Positions 43,700 through 50,556 of a DNA stretch of 60,106 bases are shown piece after piece. The stretch lies in IMG/VR virus record IMGVR_UViG_3300029427_000002, positions 1-60,106 of that record. The stretch is one strand, 5' to 3'. The stretch comes from a virus. The notes beneath the pieces are model-generated. The model had not been told where the DNA came from. It did not search any database and worked only from the letters and a program-made list of their open reading frames with translations. A program made the position numbers and the translations under genes. The stretch's first letter is position 1. Each line of letters begins with the position of its first letter.

Positions 43700-43727
43700 T
43701 TGAAAAAATTTCTCACAAAATTATAAT
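43700..43727 (+). promoter_or_regulatory. Orphan promoter TTGAAA-16-TATAAT with no ORF downstream
   Basis: Hexamers read directly; the next ~300 nt have no ORF longer than 10 codons. Confidence 0.45.
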
Positions 43728-44026
43728 GTGCCATTTCAAATACCCCCGTCACTTTCAATTTTGAAATCCAAAAATCGGTTACACAGAATTTCAATTTTTA
43801 CTCCCGATTTTGTTCAGATTTGCCCTTGAAAATTGATGAAAAACTTTAATGGATTAAAGTACATTATATAAACTTGACTGGCTGCGGTTCGTGCTTGTTT
43901 TGACTTTGTGACTTTGTGATTTGTTCTGTACGGCGGTTTTATTGCGCCGATGTAGAATTATAAACCTACGAAACAAAACAGCCTTAAAATGCTTTTAAAT
44001 TCAATGCAAGGCAATTTGTTTTTGAT

Positions 44027-44695
44027 TTATTTTTTGCTAAACGCATTATTTTTATTTGGCATCTCTTCGATAATATCGGAATATCTGTTATATATATCGT
44101 TTTCTGCTTCTTGCCTGGCTTTAATAGCACTATCTTTAGTCGCAAAATATCCCAAATGATGATTTACGCCATCGAAGTATATTCTAGCTTGCCATTTTTG
44201 TTTATCTCCACGCCAATAAACACCAGGGCAACCACTCGTATTTCTTGCGGTTTTCTTTCCTAAGTGCACAAGACTCTCTGCTTTAACATTGCTATTTGGT
44301 ATGCAGCCCTCTGTAAGACAGCCGCAAGAATATCTTTTCTTTAAATGGGAAATAGGCAAGGTTATTATATTCCCGCATTTACATTTACAAATATATTGTG
44401 TTTTGCCGTCTTTACCGATTTTTGTATCAATAACCTTAAGTAATCCGAATTTATCGCCAATTTTTACGCACCCTTTGCCGAGATGTTTTTCTTTTTGGTA
44501 TTTTTTTTGATAACAACCACAACTTTTTATTTTCTGCGATGTTATCGCGCTTGTTTGCGCATAAAAAATATTGCCGCATTCGCACAGACATTTCCAACGG
44601 AGAGCGTTTTTGCTTTTATATTCGATATGTACAGGTTCTAAAACTGTGAAATGTGGAAATTTTTGTTTTGTTAAATCGCATTTTATTTTTCGCAT
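44027..44695 (-). CDS. AP2-domain DNA-binding protein with two Cys4-type zinc ribbons
   Basis: GCPGVYWRGDKQKWQARIYFDGVNHHLGYFATKDSAIKARQEAE; CLCECGN...CGC twice. Confidence 0.7.
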   Translation of the reverse strand: MRKIKCDLTKQKFPHFTVLEPVHIEYKSKNALRWKCLCECGNIFYAQTSAITSQKIKSCGCYQKKYQKEKHLGKGCVKIGDKFGLLKVIDTKIGKDGKTQYICKCKCGNIITLPISHLKKRYSCGCLTEGCIPNSNVKAESLVHLGKKTARNTSGCPGVYWRGDKQKWQARIYFDGVNHHLGYFATKDSAIKARQEAENDIYNRYSDIIEEMPNKNNAFSKK

Positions 44696-44758
44696 TTTTT
44701 CTCCTTGTTGTGTACAAATAAGCAAAGCTTTTTGCCTTGCTTATGATTTAGTACATAT

Positions 44759-45013
44759 TCAAAGAAGCTGATTTTTGATTTCTTCATTGGTAAGCTTCTT
44801 CAGATTGTCGACATATACGCACGCTTCGCGATTGTCTTCTAACAGAATCCAGACAACATCTCGACCGTTTCTGCATGTATTTAAAGATATAGTGTCGTCA
44901 TCTATCCATCTCTGAATATCGTCATCGCTTAAATCGCAATTAAAAAGACTTAGTGCTTCGTCAATTGCTTCTCTCTCCTTACTTGTAACCTCTCTGTTTG
45001 CGTACCATTCCAT
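44759..45013 (-). CDS. Hypothetical acidic protein (84 aa)
   Basis: GGAGGTATAAGAGC-ATG. Confidence 0.6.
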   Translation of the reverse strand: MEWYANREVTSKEREAIDEALSLFNCDLSDDDIQRWIDDDTISLNTCRNGRDVVWILLEDNREACVYVDNLKKLTNEEIKNQLL

Positions 45014-45132
45014 GCTCTTATACCTCCATTTTTTAAAAATTAATAAATAAAGATATACTATTTTAATCTACCAAGTAGAAATTAATAATAATATATCATT
45101 TATTGCCATAAAAATCAATCATTTATGGCGAA

Positions 45133-45173
45133 AGCAAGCCGGGGAATCGAACCCCGGGAGTGTCAACCTTGCT
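45133..45173 (-). other. tRNA-like acceptor/T-arm minihelix, also placed as the terminator of the upstream gene
   Basis: Minus strand: AGCAAG-gttgacactc-CCGGGG-TTCGATT-CCCCGG-CTTGCT. Confidence 0.5.
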
Positions 45174-45174
45174 A

Positions 45175-45627
45175 TTAAATTGCTTCTTTTTCTTTGCTGA
45201 TTTCTGCCGCAATTATTCCCTGCTCAAGAAAATAACGCAGTGCGCTATCTCCGAAACGCTGTATATAATATTCTGCAAGCTCCGAAGTGCTAAAAGCGCC
45301 TAAGGCTGTGCCAATGTCGCAATAGATGCTTTTATATGTTCTTTGCCTGCTTGCAAGTGCCTTGTCAATCGGATTTTTTGCCTCTTCCTCTTTAACAGCT
45401 ACAAGTCTATCAGCTCGCATTGTTCTAATATGTTCGTTTCCGCTTTCGTCGGAAACAATAACACATTTAACGCTTTTTCCGCTCTTGGTAGGCTCTACGC
45501 TTTTAATTGTGGAAGTGTAACCAAAATTCCAAACTGTAACCATTCCCGGCTTTAATTTTGCCGCCGGAATTGCTTTTTGTGGTGTGTGTATTCCTTGTAA
45601 TTTAATTGTTCTCATAGTATCAACCAT
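45175..45627 (-). CDS. Hypothetical protein (~150 aa; start uncertain)
   Basis: The long ORF is clear; candidate starts are ATG 45627 or 45615, and the track start at 45717 is TTG. Confidence 0.55.
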   Translation of the reverse strand: MVDTMRTIKLQGIHTPQKAIPAAKLKPGMVTVWNFGYTSTIKSVEPTKSGKSVKCVIVSDESGNEHIRTMRADRLVAVKEEEAKNPIDKALASRQRTYKSIYCDIGTALGAFSTSELAEYYIQRFGDSALRYFLEQGIIAAEISKEKEAI

Positions 45628-45704
45628 CCTTTCATTGTGCGGTCTGCCATCATCAGAGCCGGGAGACCATTCCGCGGCTGACGCTCCAAACCGGAGCGTT
45701 TCGG

Positions 45705-45959
45705 CTAAAATCTGCAAGGCTTTTCATAGCGAATAATTGCGACTGTTTCGCCTGTGCTTTTAAGAGTTCCCCAGCCGTTCCACATCGGACCATTTAAACC
45801 TTTTAGTTTAGGCTGATTATAAAGTTCTTCTCTCTGGCTTTCCGCCATGCGCCCGTTGTTATAGCCATAAATAAGACTTTTAAACTCTGCTGCTGTCTTA
45901 ATTTCCGTCGGCAAATCGTAAACGCATTTATTACCATTTTCTAATAACCCTATTATCAT
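45705..45959 (-). CDS. Hypothetical protein (84 aa)
   Basis: ATGA-type overlap with the upstream gene. Confidence 0.55.
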   Translation of the reverse strand: MIIGLLENGNKCVYDLPTEIKTAAEFKSLIYGYNNGRMAESQREELYNQPKLKGLNGPMWNGWGTLKSTGETVAIIRYEKPCRF

Positions 45960-46123
45960 TCTGTTACCTCCTCAATGTATATTCTTTCCTCTGCTCCAGT
46001 CTCGTAATCTTCGTAAACTCCGCCTAAATCATCAAACCAGCTTTCAGCTCCTCGGCGACTGTATGTCTCGCCACCTAATAAAACTTTTCCGCTTTCTGTT
46101 ACAAGTCTGTATTGTTTATCCAT
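45956..46123 (-). CDS. Hypothetical acidic protein (55 aa)
   Basis: GTGAGGA 7 nt before ATG 46123. Confidence 0.5.
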   Translation of the reverse strand: MDKQYRLVTESGKVLLGGETYSRRGAESWFDDLGGVYEDYETGAEERIYIEEVTE

Positions 46124-46178
46124 GTTTGTGTCCTCACTTTCTTTATTTGTATGATTATAATAACATATTGCCTTTATA

Positions 46179-46298
46179 ATTGCAATAGTTAATTGCAATA
46201 AATATAAAATAAATTATTGCAATTTAAAATTGATATATCAATAGAGATAATTAATACTTGACATATAGCAATTATTTATTGTATTTTATAATTGCAAT
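46179..46298. promoter_or_regulatory. Divergent control region with four perfect ATTGCAAT palindromes
   Basis: Boxes at 46179, 46192, 46216 and 46291. Minus-strand TTGCAA-17-TATTAT overlaps box 1. Confidence 0.55.
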
Positions 46299-46330
46299 AT
46301 TAAAATACAATATAAAAGAGGTGCTTATAT

Positions 46331-46579
46331 ATGATTAAAACAGACAAAGAAATTGCAGAGAAGGCAAGAGAGAGAGCAAGAAAGCAGAACGAAGCCGCAA
46401 AAAACAACTGGGATTGTATTACTTGCAGACTTCCAAAAGGCACAAAAGAACGCATACAGGCGCAAGGGCTAACAATTAACGGATTCGTCAATGAATTAGT
46501 ACTTGCAGAGTTGGAACGCTTGGAAGCTCCAACAGCTCCAACAAATAACGGCGACAGCTCCGAAAAGTGTCCATTTTAA
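46331..46579 (+). CDS. Ribbon-helix-helix regulator
   Basis: ITCRLPKGTKERIQAQGLTINGFVNELVLAELERL. Confidence 0.6.
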   Translation: MIKTDKEIAEKARERARKQNEAAKNNWDCITCRLPKGTKERIQAQGLTINGFVNELVLAELERLEAPTAPTNNGDSSEKCPF

Positions 46580-46682
46580 TTTTAAAAAATATGCAATTAT
46601 GTATTGCATTTATGTATTGCTTATGATATTATAATTGTACAAATTAAGAAAGGACAGTTGAAAGACTGAAAAGGTGCAGAAT

Positions 46683-46859
46683 ATGAGATTATTTTTAGCA
46701 ATCAAGAAAGATGAGCAGAAAAGAGAATACATAAGCGCAGTTATTAACTCAAAAAGTTATCCAAGTACATATGCAACAGATAACAGAGGCGCGCGAATTG
46801 TGGAATTGCCAGAGATTAAAGAGGGCGAAGATATTTCAAATTGTCATATATGTTTATAA
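46683..46859 (+). CDS. Hypothetical protein (58 aa)
   Basis: AAAGGTG 6 nt upstream. Confidence 0.5.
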   Translation: MRLFLAIKKDEQKREYISAVINSKSYPSTYATDNRGARIVELPEIKEGEDISNCHICL

Positions 46860-46882
46860 GAAAGGTTGAAAAGGTGAAAAAG

Positions 46883-47077
46883 ATGAAAACAATCGAATTA
46901 TTAAACAAGGTCGTCAAGCTTGGGTTTGACAGAGAAAAGGCACTTGCTGATATAGACGCAAGTCTTGATGAAATAATTGGAGCAAAGAACAGAAAGCCAA
47001 TCGCAGAAGAAGAAATAAGCGAAGAGCTGGCAAATGATATTTTGTTTGGCTTTGAATGTGAAAAAGAAAGTAATTAA
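46883..47077 (+). CDS. Hypothetical protein (64 aa)
   Basis: AAAGGTGAAAAAG-ATG. Confidence 0.5.
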   Translation: MKTIELLNKVVKLGFDREKALADIDASLDEIIGAKNRKPIAEEEISEELANDILFGFECEKESN

Positions 47078-47092
47078 GAAAGGTGAAAAATT

Positions 47093-47356
47093 ATGACGAC
47101 AAAAACATGGAAAGTCTACGGAGTAGATGGACACAGGCAAAGAGAGAGCTTCGGAAAGTCTTATAAATACGATTTTTCAGAAGGTACAGACGTTAGAATT
47201 ATTGAAGTTGACAACTTCGACAAAACAGGCACAAATGAATACTCAATTATTCGCATTACTAGAAACAGCTCTGAAGAATGTGAAGAGGAATTACGCGGAC
47301 AGCTTTCCGATGGGATTTTTGAAAATTCCAGAGTTGGGAAAGTTGTGGAGATTTAA
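47093..47356 (+). CDS. Hypothetical protein (87 aa)
   Basis: GAAAGGTG SD. Confidence 0.55.
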   Translation: MTTKTWKVYGVDGHRQRESFGKSYKYDFSEGTDVRIIEVDNFDKTGTNEYSIIRITRNSSEECEEELRGQLSDGIFENSRVGKVVEI

Positions 47357-47366
47357 AATATATATT

Positions 47367-47398
47367 AAGCGGTGTATATCTGTTATACATCGCTTTTT
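47367..47398 (+). terminator. Intrinsic terminator
   Basis: AAGCGGTGTATA-tctgt-TATACATCGCTT followed by TTT. Confidence 0.7.
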
Positions 47399-47406
47399 AA
47401 TGCCTA

Positions 47407-47435
47407 TTGATTAATTATATTTATTGTGTTATTAT
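47407..47435 (+). promoter_or_regulatory. Promoter TTGATT-17-(TGt)TATTAT
   Basis: Read directly; precedes terS. Confidence 0.5.
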
Positions 47436-47550
47436 ATTGCTAATAATTAAATATAAGATTTACACTCGATAATTATATAATAGTTATTGGGTGTTTTTTA
47501 TTTGCATTAAATATAATTAGCTGGCACAGGTTCAGCAGAAAGGGGAACAC

Positions 47551-48258
47551 ATGGAGAAAGTACAGGAAGCACCAGAAAGTCAAGAACTTTTTGAGAATGA
47601 GATTGATATGCATTTCAAACAATTTTGCACAGATGAAAACATTGAAGATATGGCAGCGGCTCCGCAATCCCTTTTTTATGCCGCTTTAATTTATGTATAT
47701 AATAATACTTTTAAGGGTACTAACAGACTAAAATTAAAGGGTAAATTACAGGGATATAATAATAATAATTATAATAATCAATATAGTAATATAAATAATA
47801 GTAATTGTAACAGTTATAATTATGAGTACTTAAATTATATAGCAGATTATTATATATATATGTGTTATAAGTATAATAAAATATGTACTATATCAGGATA
47901 TTGTAAATTAACTGGTATAAGAGAAGATGTTATATATAATTGGGGAAATGAGAGCAGAACGCCGCAACTAAGTACATCGGCAAACAATTTATATCAAAAA
48001 CTGTCTAAAGATTACGAATCTAGCGGAGAAGCTCGGCTCTGGTCCGGTAAGAACCCAGTCGGACAGCTTGCGGTCATGAATCGCCGTTTCGGTTGGAATC
48101 TTCCCGGTGTCAGCAGAGAAAGCACCGCAAAGGTCATTAAAACAGCCGCAGACCTTCCGCAGCTTGGCACATCTGGAAACGCTCAAGGCTCTAATCTTCG
48201 TCAAATTGCACAACAAGAAATCATTGTGCAAGATGTACAAGAAAACCCACAAAGCTAG
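47551..48258 (+). CDS. terS: Terminase small subunit-like protein with an Asn/Tyr low-complexity insert
   Basis: HTH-like CTISGYCKLTGIREDVIYNWG, then LWSGKNPVGQLAVMNRRFGWN (TerS-type ...N..GaiF.LKN.fGw pattern). Confidence 0.55.
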   Translation: MEKVQEAPESQELFENEIDMHFKQFCTDENIEDMAAAPQSLFYAALIYVYNNTFKGTNRLKLKGKLQGYNNNNYNNQYSNINNSNCNSYNYEYLNYIADYYIYMCYKYNKICTISGYCKLTGIREDVIYNWGNESRTPQLSTSANNLYQKLSKDYESSGEARLWSGKNPVGQLAVMNRRFGWNLPGVSRESTAKVIKTAADLPQLGTSGNAQGSNLRQIAQQEIIVQDVQENPQS

Positions 48259-48470
48259 TAAATAAGCGAATTCTAGCTGTTTGGCTCACGATAACAGCAT
48301 TTCGCTAAATTAGAGTTTGGCGAAGTGATAAAACAGAACATTTGAACGATAAAAGTACAACAAAGCCAGTAAACAAGCGGATTGTAGCCGTTTGCGTGAT
48401 AATTATTTATTGCGCAATGGCTCCGCTCTGGCTGATTTCATTGTGCAAGATGTACAAACGCAGGGCGTGG
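48222..48470 (+). repeat. Three degenerate ~105-bp direct repeats starting inside the terS 3' end
   Basis: cattgtgcaagatgtacaa at 48222 and 48439 (19/19). acaaagcYagtaaaYaagcgRatt.tagc.gtttg at 48249 and 48360. Confidence 0.6.
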
Positions 48471-48660
48471 GGGTTATATATACACGCATTGCACGCCCAA
48501 CTAAGTCGCTTTTCCAACCCCAAAGATAAAAAGGCTTATAATATATATTTATATATACATAACCAACCAATAATAATTTATTAAACTATATACAATAACC
48601 ATTATATTTATTAATATATAGCTTTGATAATAACCCATATAATATAATCAATAAATCTAC

Positions 48661-48689
48661 TGTACAAATCTGATAGATAGGTGTATAAT
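48661..48689 (+). promoter_or_regulatory. Promoter-like TGTACA-17-(TGt)TATAAT
   Basis: Extended -10; upstream of mazG. Confidence 0.4.
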
Positions 48690-48811
48690 AGACACATCTT
48701 AATTATTCACAAGATATTCAATAAACACATCAGAAAACGGCTAATTCAGCCGAGTAAATTCCAAAAAATTTTTAAAAACAAAAAAGAGTGTTTCGGACAG
48801 GAGAATGATAT

Positions 48812-49231
48812 ATGACCGGAAATGAGTATCAGGCATTAGCTATGCGGACAAATGATTGCAAAGCAACAGACAGAATACTTGAAAATATGTTAACGTGCGA
48901 TATGAAATATCTTTTACAGCAAAATTTGATTGCAGAAGACGAACAACATCTTGATTTTGGTGGCATCTTCAATGCTTGTCTTGGATTATCCGGTGAAGTT
49001 GGAGAGTTTAACGACATAATTAAAAAATGGATTTTCCACGAGAAACAGCTTGATATTGACCACGCAAAGAAAGAAGCTGGCGATATTTGTTGGTATCTTG
49101 CAATGCTTTGTGAATCCTTCGGTTGGAACCTTGATGAAATCATGCAGATTAACATTGATAAGCTGAAAGCAAGATACCCAGAGGGATTTGATACTTACAA
49201 AGCTAATCACAGACAGGCAGGTGATGTCTAA
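48812..49231 (+). CDS. mazG: MazG-like nucleotide pyrophosphohydrolase
   Basis: EYQALAMRT...GLSGEVGEFNDIIKK...EAGDICWYLAMLCESFGWNLDEIMQINIDKLKARY. Confidence 0.8.
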   Translation: MTGNEYQALAMRTNDCKATDRILENMLTCDMKYLLQQNLIAEDEQHLDFGGIFNACLGLSGEVGEFNDIIKKWIFHEKQLDIDHAKKEAGDICWYLAMLCESFGWNLDEIMQINIDKLKARYPEGFDTYKANHRQAGDV

Positions 49232-49599
49232 TGAAATCAAGAAATATAATAAATATGTGCCTTAATTGTGAAAATAGGCTGAAACTATTCAATCAGCGAC
49301 CATGTAATGATTGCGTTGTAAGTGGTGGGGAAAATAACAATTTTACACCTCTCAAAGATGTTGCACCTAGCGTCAATGAAAAGCCGGTAAATGACAATGT
49401 TAATCATCCAAGCCATTATGCAACCGGTAAATATGAGTGCATAGATGTTATGCTTGAGATATTTGGTGTTGAAGCTGTAAAGACATTTTGCTTGCTTAAT
49501 GCTTTTAAGTATAACTACCGCACTGGCAACAAGAATGGCTTAGAAGATATTAAAAAAGCTAAGTGGTACATTGACAAATACATAGAATTGTCAGAATAG
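49231..49599 (+). CDS. DUF3310-family protein
   Basis: NHPSHYATGKYECIDVM...FCLLNAFKYNYRTGNKNGLEDIKKAKWYIDKY. Confidence 0.75.
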   Translation: MKSRNIINMCLNCENRLKLFNQRPCNDCVVSGGENNNFTPLKDVAPSVNEKPVNDNVNHPSHYATGKYECIDVMLEIFGVEAVKTFCLLNAFKYNYRTGNKNGLEDIKKAKWYIDKYIELSE

Positions 49600-49608
49600 C
49601 CATATCAA

Positions 49609-49679
49609 TGCCTCATAGCCAAGCGGTAAGGCACCGGACTTTGATTCCGTTAGCGTGGGTTCGAATCCCACTGGGGTAG
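49609..49679 (+). tRNA. tRNA-Gln (anticodon TTG)
   Basis: Hand-folded cloverleaf: TGCCTCA/TGGGGTA acceptor (2 G-U), TAGCCAAGCGGTAAGGCA D-arm as in bacterial tRNA-Gln, CTTTGAT loop, GTGGG-TTCGAAT-CCCAC. Confidence 0.8.
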
Positions 49680-49894
49680 TTTGTCTTACTTTTATCGTAG
49701 ACTACCATGTTTTGCATTTTACAGGGTAGTCCTCCTTTCATGTACTTTCTTGGAGATTCAGTTAAGGGTGGTGCAAGACCACTCGGAAAGGCTTACCTCA
49801 TACAGAGGTGTGAAAATCAACTTATCAAGGTTCTTCTCAATATCCCCCAAAATATTATTGCATTTTCCCTTGATAGCCGTTACAGGCGGTATTT

Positions 49895-49966
49895 TGGATA
49901 GTAGTTCAGTTGGGAGTAACGCTTGATTTATTCAAGTAGTCACAGGTTCAAGTCCTGTCTATCCAA
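49895..49966 (+). tRNA. tRNA-like gene with anticodon TTA (ochre-suppressor type), non-canonical D-arm and U37
   Basis: TGGATAG/CTATCCA acceptor (7 WC pairs), GCTTG-ATTTATT-CAAGT anticodon arm, ACAGG-TTCAAGT-CCTGT T-arm. Confidence 0.5.
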
Positions 49967-50090
49967 TTACAACAAACTAGCTTGACGAAGCGAAAAGCAG
50001 AACTACGACTGCCTGTTTGTTGTTATTACTAATCGTAGAGTTGAGCGAATAAGGCGGTACGCTCTTATTATCTTTCGTAGGAGGTAATTT

Positions 50091-50555
50091 ATGACGGTAA
50101 AAGATTTATTTAATTCAAAAAACACACTGCAAGTAGATATTGGATTGGCAGAACAAATAGGATTACACAATTCAGTAGTCTATACAGAAATCAAAAAGGC
50201 TAAAAAAGAAAACAACATTGATTTATTTAATAAACAGGATTTAGCCTATGTTCAAAAGAGATATTTACCATTTTTCTCAATAAAAACAATACAAAGGTCT
50301 TTAAGCTTTCTTCTCGACAAAGGCTATATAACAGCAGATAAAATAAAGCCGGAAGAAGCAAAAGAAATTGTTTTAAAAAGTAAACATAATTGTAAGTTTA
50401 AATGCGGATGGTGTGGTTGCGGTTGCAATGTTATAAACGAACACCATTATCCAATACCAAAATCAATGGGTGGAACAAAAATTGTAAGGATATGTCCTAA
50501 TTGTCATTATGAATTTCATTCTTTATACAAAATCAGTAGAAAGGATGGTGTTTAA
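50091..50555 (+). CDS. Winged-helix plus HNH-type zinc-finger nuclease
   Basis: CGWCGCGCNVINEHHYPIPKSMGGTKIVRICPNCHYEFH. Confidence 0.65.
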   Translation: MTVKDLFNSKNTLQVDIGLAEQIGLHNSVVYTEIKKAKKENNIDLFNKQDLAYVQKRYLPFFSIKTIQRSLSFLLDKGYITADKIKPEEAKEIVLKSKHNCKFKCGWCGCGCNVINEHHYPIPKSMGGTKIVRICPNCHYEFHSLYKISRKDGV

Positions 50556-50556
50556 T

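Noticed and set aside
43631-44026. Possible mini-CRISPR array next to the cas5-like gene
   Set aside because: The repeated motifs are short and degenerate, and they are spaced irregularly (19, 36, 55, 94 and 145 nt). There is no repeat-spacer periodicity of 60-70 bp. I kept it only as a repeat/handle-like ncRNA hypothesis.
48342-48584. 80-aa ORF after terS
   Set aside because: It spans the degenerate direct repeats and the GC-rich island, has no SD, and starts with a non-ATG codon. I treat it as non-coding pac/cos-type DNA.
35290-49700. A nested integrative element or satellite inside the phage (int is far from cI; a tRNA fragment and tRNA genes are nearby)
   Set aside because: The gene order is consistent with one prophage whose int/attP lies at the end of the early operon. 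I found no second attachment-site repeat pair and no second packaging or replication set.
49681-49926. Track ORFs 49681..49926 and 49707..49901
   Set aside because: They lie in the structured inter-tRNA spacer and run into the second tRNA. They have no SD and an implausible composition.
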